Assembly: GCA_963798085.1 (NCBI GenBank)
Contig: CAWCRS010000008.1
Span: 96,001 to 160,000 of the forward strand
Length of the DNA: 64,000 nucleotides
From: an uncultured Gemmatimonadales bacterium
GTDB lineage: Bacteria > Gemmatimonadota > Gemmatimonadetes > Longimicrobiales > RSA9
Direction of reading: 5' to 3'
This document shows, piece by piece, positions 1-9,779 of the stretch. Position 1 is the stretch's first letter. Every line of letters begins with the position of its first letter. Both the position numbers and the translations under genes were made by a program. The notes beneath the pieces are model-generated. The model was not told where the DNA came from, made no database searches, and worked only from the letters and a program-made list of their open reading frames with translations.

Positions 1-295
1 CCGCTTCGATGATGTGACTCATCTCGACCATGTCGAAATGCGCGGGCGCCTGGTACTCGACGCGCACGCCCAGGTCCTTCGCCGCTGCGCGGGCACCGTT
101 GGAGACCACGGACCAGAACGGATCCGCGGACTGACCGTGGGTGACGAACACGATGCGCACACCGGCGCGGCCACCCGCTGCAGCCGAGTCCGGGCTGCGC
201 TGCGCGCCCCGGTCGGGGGATGCACACGCCGCCACGACCACCAGCGCGGCCGCGCAAGTCGTGACCGTTCCTGAACTGGTCCGGTTCCTGCCCAT
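1..295 (-). CDS. Sugar ABC transporter substrate-binding lipoprotein (periplasmic binding protein type 1), 5' part; runs off the window edge
   Basis: Manual translation from ATG at 295: [24 protein letters not shown]...[42 protein letters not shown] motif and lipobox-like VAAC. Not in the ORF track. Confidence 0.8.
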   Translation of the reverse strand, partial: MGRNRTSSGTVTTCAAALVVVAACASPDRGAQRSPDSAAAGGRAGVRIVFVTHGQSADPFWSVVSNGARAAAKDLGVRVEYQAPAHFDMVEMSHIIEA

Positions 296-425
296 GGGCG
301 ACGAAGCTACGCGGCGTGCCGGCCCGGTTCAATCGAACGGCCGGTTCGCGTGTGTGGCGGTGCCTGCTATACTTTGGGCCACGCTGCCGTACGGCGCCCC
401 ATTTCGCTTCGCTGCCGGGATCTGC

Positions 426-2306
426 ATGACGCACATCGCGAACGCATCCCCTGCCCTGATCTTCGCCCTGGCGCTGGCCATCGGCATGCTGGCACAGGTG
501 GTGGCTCGCCACGTCCAGATTCCGGGCATCGTGCTGCTGCTGGCGGCCGGGGTGGTGTTCGGTCCCGATGTGCTGAACATGGTCCGGCCGCAGGAGCTGG
601 GCAGCGCCGTGCAGACGATTGTCGGCATTGCCGTGGCCATCATTCTGTTCGAAGGCGGCCTGCACCTCGACGTGCGACGGCTGCGCGCGGAAGCGAAAGT
701 CATCCGCCGGCTGGTGACGGTGGGCGGCATCATCACGGCGCTGGGCGGCACCCTCGCGGCACGCTACATCATGCACTGGGACTGGCGCCTCTCGCTGCTC
801 TTCGGCACGCTGGTCATCGTCACGGGCCCCACCGTGGTGACGCCGCTGATCCGGCGCCTGCGGGTGCAACCGCCGGTGAGCACGATCCTGGAAGCCGAGG
901 GCGTGCTGATCGATCCCATCGGTGCGATCATCGCGGTGGTCGCGCTGGAATTCCTCTACGCCACGAACGCCAACGCCACGTTGCTGGCCAGGCCCGCGGC
1001 TGTGCTGGCGGGCGGAGCGGCCTTCGGACTGATCGGCGGCATCGTGATCGCCCTGCTGCTGCGGCCGCGGCGGCTGGTGCCCGAGGGTCTCGAGAATGTG
1101 CTCGTGCTCTCACTCGTCGTGGCGCTCTTCGAGCTGAGCGAAGGGCTGCTTGCGGAGAGCGGACTGGCCGCCGTGGTGGCCGCCGGACTCACGGTTGGCA
1201 ACCTGCGCACACGCGTGGGGCAGGGTCTGCTCGAGTTCAAGGAACAGGTGACCGTGCTCATGATCGGTCTGCTGTTCGTGCTGCTGGCATCCGACGTCCG
1301 GCTGGCCGAGGTGCGTGCGCTGGGCTGGCCCGCGCTCGCCACCGTGGCTGCACTCATGCTGGTCGTGCGGCCCATCGAGGCGTACCTGTGCACGGCGGGT
1401 GCGCATCTCAGCTGGCGCGAGCGCACCTTCATCGCGCTGCTCGCGCCGCGCGGCATTGTGGCCGCCGCCATTGCTTCTCTGTTCGCCGAGACCATCACCG
1501 CACGGGGCCTGCCCGGCGGCGCCGAACTGCGCGCGCTCATGTTCATCGTGATCGCGGTGTCCGTCACGGTGCACGGTCTGACGGGTGGCTTCATTGCGCG
1601 CGCGCTGCGCGTGTACCGTCCATCGGAGCAGGGTTACGTGATCCTGGGCGCGAACGGACTCTCGCTCGCGCTGGCGAGGCTGCTGCGCGAGGACCAGCCG
1701 GAGATCGTGTTCATCGACTCCAACCCGGACCACGTGATGCGGGCGCAGCGGCAGGGCTTTCAGGCGCTCTACGGGCAGGGTCTGCTGGCCAGCGTGCTCT
1801 CGAGTGTCGACCTGGATACCAAGCTCGGGTGCATTGCACTCACGCCCAACGAAGAAGTGAATCTGCTCTGGGCCACGCGCGTGCGGGCGGAAACACACGC
1901 GCCACGCACGTGGGTGGCGCTGCGCGCGGATGCGCGCAGTCTGCCCACCGAGCAGGCGCACGATGTGGGGGCGGTCGTGCTCTTCGGCCGGGGCCAGCCC
2001 GTCGATTTGTGGTCGAACCGGTTGCAGAACGGGGAGGCGGCGGTGGAGCGCTGGCGGCACGAACGCTCGCCTGCGACACTGGCCGGGCCGGAGGCCAGCG
2101 GCGCTCAGCCGGTGGCAACCGATGCGCTGATCCTGCTCACGGTGCGGCGCTCCGGCCGGGTGCGCCCGTTCGACGACGAAACGTCGCCACGTGAACGCGA
2201 TGAGGCGGATGTCGCGATCTTCCTAACGCGGCGTCAGGAAGCGGAGTCCTGGCTGCGCGAGCGCAACTGGGCACCGGTGGAAGCGGAAGAGGCGGCGCTG
2301 CTCTGA
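426..2306 (+). CDS. NhaP-type (CPA1) cation:proton antiporter with C-terminal TrkA-N/RCK domain
   Basis: Many TM helices; motifs IILFEGGL, TGPTVV, EGVLIDPIG, APRGIVAAA; C-terminal Rossmann-like ILGANG..IDSN. Start placed at MTHIA. Confidence 0.9.
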   Translation: MTHIANASPALIFALALAIGMLAQVVARHVQIPGIVLLLAAGVVFGPDVLNMVRPQELGSAVQTIVGIAVAIILFEGGLHLDVRRLRAEAKVIRRLVTVGGIITALGGTLAARYIMHWDWRLSLLFGTLVIVTGPTVVTPLIRRLRVQPPVSTILEAEGVLIDPIGAIIAVVALEFLYATNANATLLARPAAVLAGGAAFGLIGGIVIALLLRPRRLVPEGLENVLVLSLVVALFELSEGLLAESGLAAVVAAGLTVGNLRTRVGQGLLEFKEQVTVLMIGLLFVLLASDVRLAEVRALGWPALATVAALMLVVRPIEAYLCTAGAHLSWRERTFIALLAPRGIVAAAIASLFAETITARGLPGGAELRALMFIVIAVSVTVHGLTGGFIARALRVYRPSEQGYVILGANGLSLALARLLREDQPEIVFIDSNPDHVMRAQRQGFQALYGQGLLASVLSSVDLDTKLGCIALTPNEEVNLLWATRVRAETHAPRTWVALRADARSLPTEQAHDVGAVVLFGRGQPVDLWSNRLQNGEAAVERWRHERSPATLAGPEASGAQPVATDALILLTVRRSGRVRPFDDETSPRERDEADVAIFLTRRQEAESWLRERNWAPVEAEEAALL

Positions 2307-2343
2307 AGAGCGGAAGCCATGTCGTCGCCTGAATCCGTACCCC

Positions 2344-3222
2344 TCAACGCTGCGCTGCCAGCCGCCTTGCGCGCTCGAGCAGCTGCGTGTCCCCCAGCTC
2401 TGCCGCGAATTTCGCGAAATCCGCGCGCGGCCCCCGCCAGCGCAGCGTGTCCACGTCGGTGCTGACCGGTGCGTCCTCACGCAGCGTGGCGAGTGTGCGG
2501 AACAGCAGCACCGTCTCGCGCTGCTCGTTGAGCGTGGCCGCCAGCCGCAGTGCGCCACGCACATTCACATCCCAGTCGAGCGCCAGCTGCGGGATCTGCT
2601 CGATGTGGTGCCAGCGCGCGAGCACGGTGGCGGCAGAGCGCGGGCCCCAGCCGCTCAGCCCCGGATAGCCGTCGGCACTGTCACCCACGAGCGCGAGATA
2701 GTCGGTGATCGATGCCGGCAGCACGCCGAACTTCGCCTGCACACCGGCCTCATCACGCAGCTCATTGATGCGACGATCCAGCTGCACGACGCGGCCGTCG
2801 CGCACACACTGCGCAAGATCCTTGTCCGGGGTGCAGATCACGACCTGCTCGACGCGTTCATCGCGCGCCGCCATGGCCGCGCCCGCCGCGAGTGCGTCGT
2901 CCGCCTCGAACTCGACCATGGGCCACACCACGAGACCCAGTGCCGCCAGCGTCTCCTCGAGCGGAAGGAACTGGCCGTACAGCAGCGGATCGATGCCCTC
3001 GCCCGTCTTGTAGCCCGGCCAGAGCGCGTTGCGGAACGACTCGATCACGTGATCCGTGGCCACGGCGAGGTGCGTGGCGCCGCCCTCAATCATGCCCAGG
3101 ATCGTGGCGACGACGCCGCGCACCGCCCGTCGCGACTCGGGAATCGTCGGGTCGACATTGGCCGCCGGCGAATAGAAGTGGCGGAACAGCTCGAACGTGC
3201 CATTGATCAGGTGAACGCGCAT
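2344..3222 (-). CDS. Stand-alone 5'-3' exonuclease / flap endonuclease (PolA N-terminal-like)
   Basis: Motifs GYK, EADD, TPDKDLAQ, LVGDSADGYPG (H3TH). Confidence 0.9.
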   Translation of the reverse strand: MRVHLINGTFELFRHFYSPAANVDPTIPESRRAVRGVVATILGMIEGGATHLAVATDHVIESFRNALWPGYKTGEGIDPLLYGQFLPLEETLAALGLVVWPMVEFEADDALAAGAAMAARDERVEQVVICTPDKDLAQCVRDGRVVQLDRRINELRDEAGVQAKFGVLPASITDYLALVGDSADGYPGLSGWGPRSAATVLARWHHIEQIPQLALDWDVNVRGALRLAATLNEQRETVLLFRTLATLREDAPVSTDVDTLRWRGPRADFAKFAAELGDTQLLERARRLAAQR

Positions 3223-3250
3223 GGCGGGAATACTGCTGGAAGAGCGACGA

Positions 3251-3500
3251 CGTTGCTAGGGCTGGTCGCTCGTGCTGGTGCTGGGAACGGATTGTACTGA
3301 TAGAACTGCGTTGCTTGGGCTGGTCGCCTGGGCTGGATGCTGGGGAACAACGTGTAGGCATTGAACTGCGTTGCTGGGGCTGGTTGCCTGGGCTGGATGC
3401 TGGGGAACAGCGTGTAGGCATTGAACTGCGGTGCTGGCGCGGGTTGCTGCGGCGGGATGCTGCGGAACAGCGTGCATGGATCGAACGCGGTGCTGGCGCC
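3251..3500. repeat. Degenerate 60-bp tandem repeat (~4 copies) built on a REP-like unit
   Basis: Units at 3301-3360 and 3361-3420 are nearly identical (GAACTGCGTTGCTKGGGCTGGTYGCCTGGGCTGGATGCTGGGGAACARCGTGTAGGCA); the flanking copies are degenerate. Confidence 0.85.
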
Positions 3501-4008
3501 GGAGGCTCAGGAAGGGACGGGGGGCGATGTGCGTTCGGTTGGGCGGATCTCGCGCTGCGTGGAGAGCAGTGGCCTGGTGCGAGCTCTCGCCGTTCTGAGG
3601 TGTACAGCGATGAGTCCGCGTGGCGCAGGTCGGTGCGGTGTATTGCGTTGGGTGGCGAATGGCAGTTGCGCGAGGGCGCGGGTGTGCGACTTTCTCGCTT
3701 GTGTGCGATTCACAAGCAACTAACACGGCTGCAGCATGTCGAATGCCGCACCGCGCGAACGCGTGAGTCGGGGCGATGCCATTCTGGTGCGCAGCGGAAC
3801 TGCTGGCACCAGGATATCTGCCCGAGCAACGAGCTCGGCCAACAGCGCGAGCAACGGATTCGATCTGTCCCGAGCCCGAGCCCCGGACCCGTATTCGGGA
3901 ATTCTGTTGCCGCAACGCCTCACCAATTACTTTTGTCGTAGTCGGTGCCCCGGGACCGCGGCCCCTGTTCGGACCGCACGCCTCTACCCAATGAAGCAGG
4001 GGGATCAC

Positions 4009-4413
4009 ATGAAACCTCGTTCGCTGGTCCTGTTTGCGTTGTTTGCTGTGCTTGGCTGCGCCAGCGGTGGCGGGAGCAGCTCGACACAGACTGGCAGTTC
4101 CACGCCCCGGCAGCAGCGCACGACGCGCGATGTGATTGCGCAGGCGGAGATCGAGCGCACGGAAGTGAGCAATGCGCTGGATCTCATTCAGCGGTTGCGG
4201 CCGGAGTTTCTGCGGCCGCGTGGTGCGGGCGGGGTGCAATCGGTGCCGGTGGCGATCTACGTCGACGGCATCAAGCAGAGCAGCGCTTCCGTCCTCTCCT
4301 CGGTTCCCAAGAACCTGGTCGTGGAAATTCGCTTCATCAACGCGACGGATGCCACGACGCGCTTTGGCTCGGATCATGGCAATGGCGCGGTCCTCGTCAC
4401 CACGCGGCACTGA
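4009..4413 (+). CDS. Small lipoprotein resembling an isolated TonB-dependent receptor plug domain
   Basis: Lipobox VLGC; DVIAQAEI..NALDLIQRLRP..IYVDG..EIRFINATDATTRFG..GAVLVTT matches the plug-domain pattern; no beta-barrel follows. Confidence 0.7.
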   Translation: MKPRSLVLFALFAVLGCASGGGSSSTQTGSSTPRQQRTTRDVIAQAEIERTEVSNALDLIQRLRPEFLRPRGAGGVQSVPVAIYVDGIKQSSASVLSSVPKNLVVEIRFINATDATTRFGSDHGNGAVLVTTRH

Positions 4414-4416
4414 CGC

Positions 4417-5798
4417 ATGACGGCTGCGGCGTCACGCGGTGCGGGAGCGGAGCACAGACTCGCGGACGCCGACGTCGTCATCATCGGTTCAGGTCCGGGT
4501 GGTTCGACACTGGCGCGCGAGCTGGCGCGCGCGGGCCGGCGGGTCGTGCTGCTGGAGCGTGGCCGCGACTGGCGAGGTCATCCGCTCTACGGCACGTACG
4601 CGGGTGCGCTGCTCTACGCGGACCGTCGTGCGCTGCTGTTCACACGCGAGGGCCTGAACATCATTCGCCCGCTCATGCTGGGCGGCGCGACCAGCATGTA
4701 CTGCGGCTGCTCGTCGCCGCCACCCGCATGGTGGCGCGAGCGTCATGGGCATCGACCTCGACGACGGACGCGGCGCGGACTGTCGCCGAGCTGGGCGATC
4801 GCGCCACTGCCGGCGGAACTGCGCGGTGCAGCGTCGACGCGTCTGGCGGAAGCGGGGATGGCGCTGGGCATGCCGTGGATGCCGCAGGAGAAGTTCATTT
4901 TTCCCGCGCGCGCCGCACTTCGCATGTGGTGCGCAGTGCATGCTGGGCTGCCGCTGCGGTGCCAAGTGGAATGCGGCGGAGTTCGCGGACCAGGCCGTCA
5001 GCGGCGGGGTGCCGCGTGATCCCGCGGGCGCGCGTAGAGCGCATGCTGATTGAAGGATGGTGCGCGGCGGGCGTTGCGGGCCGATGCGGGCGGGTGCCGT
5101 TCAGCTGCGGGCGGACACGGTGATCTGCGCGGCCGGCGGTATCGGGCAGCGCGCGACTGCTGAGTCGCAGTGGTTTCGAAGGCGCAGGGCAGGGCATGGC
5201 CATGGACACCACGGCCATGGTGTACGGCCTTGCGCCGTTCCGCGGCAACGGCACGGATCCGCCCATGACATGGAGCGCGGCCGACGATGAGCTGGGTGTG
5301 CTCTACTCGACGCTGATCGATCCCTGGCTCATGTACCCGATCATCACTGATGACGCAAGGGGCCAGCGTATTCACTCACGTGGCACCGCTGGGGCCGGAC
5401 ATCGGGCATCATGATCAAGCTCAAGGACGAGATCAGCGGCTGATCGATGAACGCGCGGCATCAGCAAGGGACTGACCGTTCGCGGACGCGGAGCGCCTGA
5501 CGCGGGCGGAGGAGGCGGCGCGCCGGATCCTTCTGCCGCGCCGGCTGCGCTCCCTAACACCATATTCAGGACCCCACTTCGTGGTACACACCCTTCCGCG
5601 ACCGTACGCATCGGTGAACTGGTGAACAGCGAGCTGGAGACCGGCGTGCGCAGCCTTTACGTGTGCGACGCCAGCGTGTTCCCCGAGGCGCTGGCGCGGC
5701 CGACGGTGCTCACCATCATGGCGCTCGCCCGCCGGCTGGCGCGCTCACTCGCAACCGCGGCGGGTGCGGGTGCATCCAAGGGAGTGCACACGACGTAG
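4417..5798 (+). pseudogene. GMC-family FAD oxidoreductase broken by several frameshifts (pseudogene or poor local consensus)
   Basis: N-terminal DVVIIGSGPGG and LGGATS; C-terminal GTHPSATVRIG and LYVCDASVFPEALARPTVLTIMALARR end at TAG 5796-5798. Middle is split over several frames. Confidence 0.75.
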
Positions 5799-6201
5799 CT
5801 TGGGGGACCTGCCGGAATGAACCGGGCGCACCGGCCGGTTCGCCCGCGCGGGTTGATCGCCGACGTCAAGAGCGGCGTAATGGTCCGGCCGGAGCGCCAG
5901 CCGCCGAGGGCAATGCAGCGCCTTGCAATTGCAAGGCTTCGGCAGCGCGTCCCGCCGCGGCAGCGCCGTCCTTGCTGTCGGTCAAGGATGCCACGGTCCA
6001 CTGGCCGTGGTCCTCGCCGCTCCCTATTCCGCAAATGTACTGTTTGGTGTTCAGGCCAGGCGTGGCACCTGTTCCGATCGTTGCGGTGCTACGGTGCGGG
6101 GAAACCGGCCGGTCTGCCGGCCGCAGCCGTCTCATGCTGGAACGGGCGCGGTGGTTCTGCCCATCGGGCGTGCGCTCGCAATGCACCCAAGCGGGGGAAT
6201 C

Positions 6202-8626
6202 ATGCTGCCTCTCGACGTGCGTTATGCGCTTCGCCTGCTGCGCAAGCGGCCCCTCTTCTCCTTCGCCGTCGTGCTCACGATCGCGCTGGGCATTGCATCC
6301 AGCACGGCGATCTTCAGTCTCGTGGACGGCGTGCTGCTGCGGCCGCTGCCCTATCGTGATCCCGGCAGCCTGGTCTTCGTGTGGGAGCGCGACTTCCCGC
6401 GCGACCGCGATCGCAATGTGGTGTCCCCGGCGAACTACCTGACGTGGCGCGAGCAGCAGGGACTGTTCACGGGTATCGCCGCACTGGCAGGAACGAGCGG
6501 CACCATCACCGGGCAATGGCGACCCCGAGCGGGTCGGTGTGGTGCTCGCCTCGCCGGCGTTCTTCCAGCTGGTGGGCGTGCAGACTGTGACCGGGCGCGC
6601 CTACGCAGAAGCGGAGGACGCCGCCGGTGTGGCGCCGACGGCCATGCTGAGCTGGGAATTCTGGCAGCGGCGTTTCGGCGGCGATCCTGCCATCGTCGGC
6701 AGCACCATCACGCTCAATGACCGGTCGCGCACCATTGTGGGTGTGCTGCCGCGCGGCTTCCACTTCACGCTGTCCTTCGTGGTGGGCAGCACGCTGGCGC
6801 AGGATGTGTGGATTCCGCCGCAGTTCAGTCCCGCGGCGCGCACCGCGAGCGGCCGCTACCTGCAGGTGCTGGCGCGGCTGGCACCGGGCGTCTCGCGGGA
6901 TGCCGCGCAACTGCGCATGGCGGCGCTGGCGAAGCAGCTGGAGCAGCAGTTCCCCAGTCGGCAGGCGGGCTGGGGCGTCAACATCGTGCCCCTGCAGGAG
7001 CAGACCGTAGGCGATGTGCGGCGCGCGCTCCTCATCATTTTCGGCGCGGTGGGCTTCGTGCTGCTCATTGCCTGCGCCAATGTTGCTAACCTGCTGCTAT
7101 CGCGCGCGGCGGAGCGGCATCAGGAGGTGGCGGTGCGGGCGGCGCTGGGCGCGGGCCGCGGGCGAATTGCCCTGCAGCTCATGACAGAGAGCCTGGTGCT
7201 GGCGGCGACGGGCGGGCTGCTGGGCGTGGGTCTGGCCGCCTGGGCGGTGCGCGTGCTCAAGCTCATGGGTCCATCGATTCCTCGGCTGGACACGGTGAGT
7301 CTGAACAGCGGCGTACTGGCGTTCGCCGCGGTGACCACACTGCTGGCGGGCGCGCTGTTCGGCATGGCGCCCGTCCTGCACGTGATACGCTCGGATCTGG
7401 CAGGCTGGCTGAAAGGCCGACTGGGAATGGGCGGCTCGCGGGAATCGCGGCGCACCCGCAGCGCGCTGGTGGTGGCGGAGATCGCGCTTTCGCTGGTGCT
7501 GCTGATCGGCGCGGGTCTGCTCATTCGCAGCCTGCTGCGCCTGATCGATACGGGCGTGGGCTTCGACACGGGACACCTGCTGACGGCGCAGATCGAGCTG
7601 CCGTCCGCGCGCTACCCGCAGGATGCCGATCATGTGCGGTTCTTCGACGACCTGATCACTCGGGTGCGTGCGCAGCCGGGCGTGCAGTCGGCGAGCGCCA
7701 TCACATTTGCGCCGCTCGGGGGGTCGGGTTCGGCGACCAGTTTCTGGGCGAACGACCGCGCCATCCCGGAGCCGGGGCGGTTCCCCGTGGCGGACGTACG
7801 CTGGGTGCACCGTGACTATCATCGTGTTATGGGCATTCCCCTGGTGACCGGGCGCTACTTCGATGCGAGCGATCGCGCCGGCACACCCTACCACATTCTG
7901 GTGAGTCAGGCGACCGTGGCGGAGCTGTGGCCGGGGCAGAATCCGCTGGGCAAGATCATCTCCATGCCGTGGGGCGATACGCTGGTGGCGGAAGTCGTGG
8001 GTGTGGTGCAGGACGTGCGCACGGAAGGGCCGGCCACCGCGCCACGCTCCATGCTCTACTGGAACTACGAGCAGTTCCAGTCATTTCCCTTCATGACCGT
8101 GCTGGTGCGCACCGCAGGCGACCCGCTGGCGTTCACGTCCACGCTGCGCAGTGCCGTGCACGCGATCGACCCGCAACTGCCGGTCTTCGACGTGAAGACA
8201 ATGGACGCACGCTTCTCCGATGCGCTCACACGCGCACGCTTCGGGGCATCGGCACTGGCCTCTTTCGCCGTGATCGCGCTGCTGCTGGCGTGCGTGGGCA
8301 TCTACGGCGTGATGTCCTACATCACGGGGCAGCGCACGCAGGAGTTCGGGGTGCGCATGGCCATGGGCGCGACGACGCGGGAGGTGGTGGGCCTGGTGCT
8401 GGGCGAGGGCGCGCGGCTGGTGGCGCTGGCGCTGGGAATCGGAATGGCGGCCGCGCTGCTGCTGGCGCGGTTGCTTCGTACCCTGGTGTTCGAGGTGGGG
8501 ACAACCGATCCGGTGACGTTCGGCATCATGAGCGCGTTGCTGGCGGTGACCGCGCTGGCCGCGTGCTGGCTGCCGGCGCGCCGGGCCGCGCGCGTGGACC
8601 CGGTCCGGGCGATGCGCATGGACTGA
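6202..8626 (+). CDS. ADOP-type duplicated ABC permease (MacB_PCD/FtsX x2), one frameshift near 6512
   Basis: DVRYALRLL..TIALGI N-terminus, LLIACANVANLLL, EFGVRMAMGA, PARRAARVDP. An extra G in GGG at ~6511-6513 joins the two ORFs. Confidence 0.88.
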
Positions 8627-9680
8627 CGGACCGTCTTGGCGTTCTTGGCTTTGGCGCAAGTCGCTATGGGTGCGCCCGGATCACGCACGCAGATTGTGCG
8701 CCATGTCACGGCAGAAGCGCTTCTACCTCGCAGGCGCGTCGTTCCACGTGACGGCGCGCACGTTGAACCACGAACCGTGGTTCGACGAGACGCTGCGCGA
8801 TCGCGTGGTAGCCATCCTTGCGGAGTGCTTCTCACGCTCCGACGCAAAACTGATCGCGTACGTCGTCATGCCGAACCATTTTCACCTGGTCGTGCGCCAG
8901 CAGAGGCTTCCGCTGGGTCACATCATGCAGCGCGTGTGTCGCAGTGTTGCGCTGGCTGTGAACCACGCGCGCGAGCGCGAGGGATATGTCTTCGAGCGGC
9001 GTTATCGGGCCAAAGCCTGTCTGGACCCGGACTATCTGCGCGACGCTATCAGCTACGTTCACCTGAATCCCAGACGAGCCGGTCTCTGCACGGAGCTGCA
9101 CCAGTACCAATGGAGTTCGCATCCCGAGTATGCACAGTGCGCCCCTAACAGGCTCTCAGCCCTTGTCCGGCCGCATCTCACCACGGCGCTGGAGCTGTAC
9201 TCACCGCGCGGTCCCCTGGATGCGTCGCGCCAGATTCTGGCCTATCTGGCCTACCTGGCATGGCAGGAAAGTCGCCACCAGGAATCCGATGACAGGCCAC
9301 CGCCGCCGCGCCCGCGGTGTGCGTACGGCGATCACTACTGGAGGACGAACTTCACCACGCTCACGCTCCCGCTGAATCCCAAGCCCGATCTGCGCGACAT
9401 CGTGTTGCGTGTTCTCCAGGAAGAAACGCCTGGCGTGAACCTGAACATTCTGCGTTTGCGACGAGGCGGAACAGCGATGGTTCGAGTCCGCCACCGAGCC
9501 ATCGAGCGCGCATATCTCGCAGGCTATCGCGGTGTCGATGTTGCGCGCTTTCTCAACATATCCGAGACCACGGTCTCGAAGGTGTGCACGAGCCTCGTTG
9601 CCAGCGGGGTCAATGCCCTGGCGGGTCGCGAGCCCGGCATGGGAGGATGGCGCACAACCCAAGAACGCCAAGACGGTCCG
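8627..9680. mobile_element. Element bounded by 22-bp perfect inverted repeats enclosing an HUH (Y1) transposase-like gene
   Basis: 8627-8648 CGGACCGTCTTGGCGTTCTTGG; 9659-9680 CCAAGAACGCCAAGACGGTCCG is the exact reverse complement. Confidence 0.7.
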
Positions 9681-9719
9681 AAGCTGCAACCCTTCGCCCA
9701 ACCCCTCCGTATGGTCTGA
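8703..9719 (+). CDS. RAYT/TnpA(REP)-like Y1 HUH transposase with C-terminal HTH (DnaA C-terminal-like)
   Basis: FHVTAR, AYVVMPNHFHL (HUH), YVHLNPRRAGL (catalytic Tyr), YQWSS; C-terminal DVARFLNISETTVS helix-turn-helix. Confidence 0.88.
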   Translation: MSRQKRFYLAGASFHVTARTLNHEPWFDETLRDRVVAILAECFSRSDAKLIAYVVMPNHFHLVVRQQRLPLGHIMQRVCRSVALAVNHAREREGYVFERRYRAKACLDPDYLRDAISYVHLNPRRAGLCTELHQYQWSSHPEYAQCAPNRLSALVRPHLTTALELYSPRGPLDASRQILAYLAYLAWQESRHQESDDRPPPPRPRCAYGDHYWRTNFTTLTLPLNPKPDLRDIVLRVLQEETPGVNLNILRLRRGGTAMVRVRHRAIERAYLAGYRGVDVARFLNISETTVSKVCTSLVASGVNALAGREPGMGGWRTTQERQDGPKLQPFAQPLRMV

Positions 9720-9779
9720 CTGCTCGCGGGAACGCTCGCCCGCCGACACACGGGTTGGTCACACTGCACGGGAGGACCG

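Noticed and set aside
3251..3500. Possible CRISPR array (60-bp period)
   Set aside because: The whole unit is repeated, with no unique spacers, and there are no cas genes in the window.
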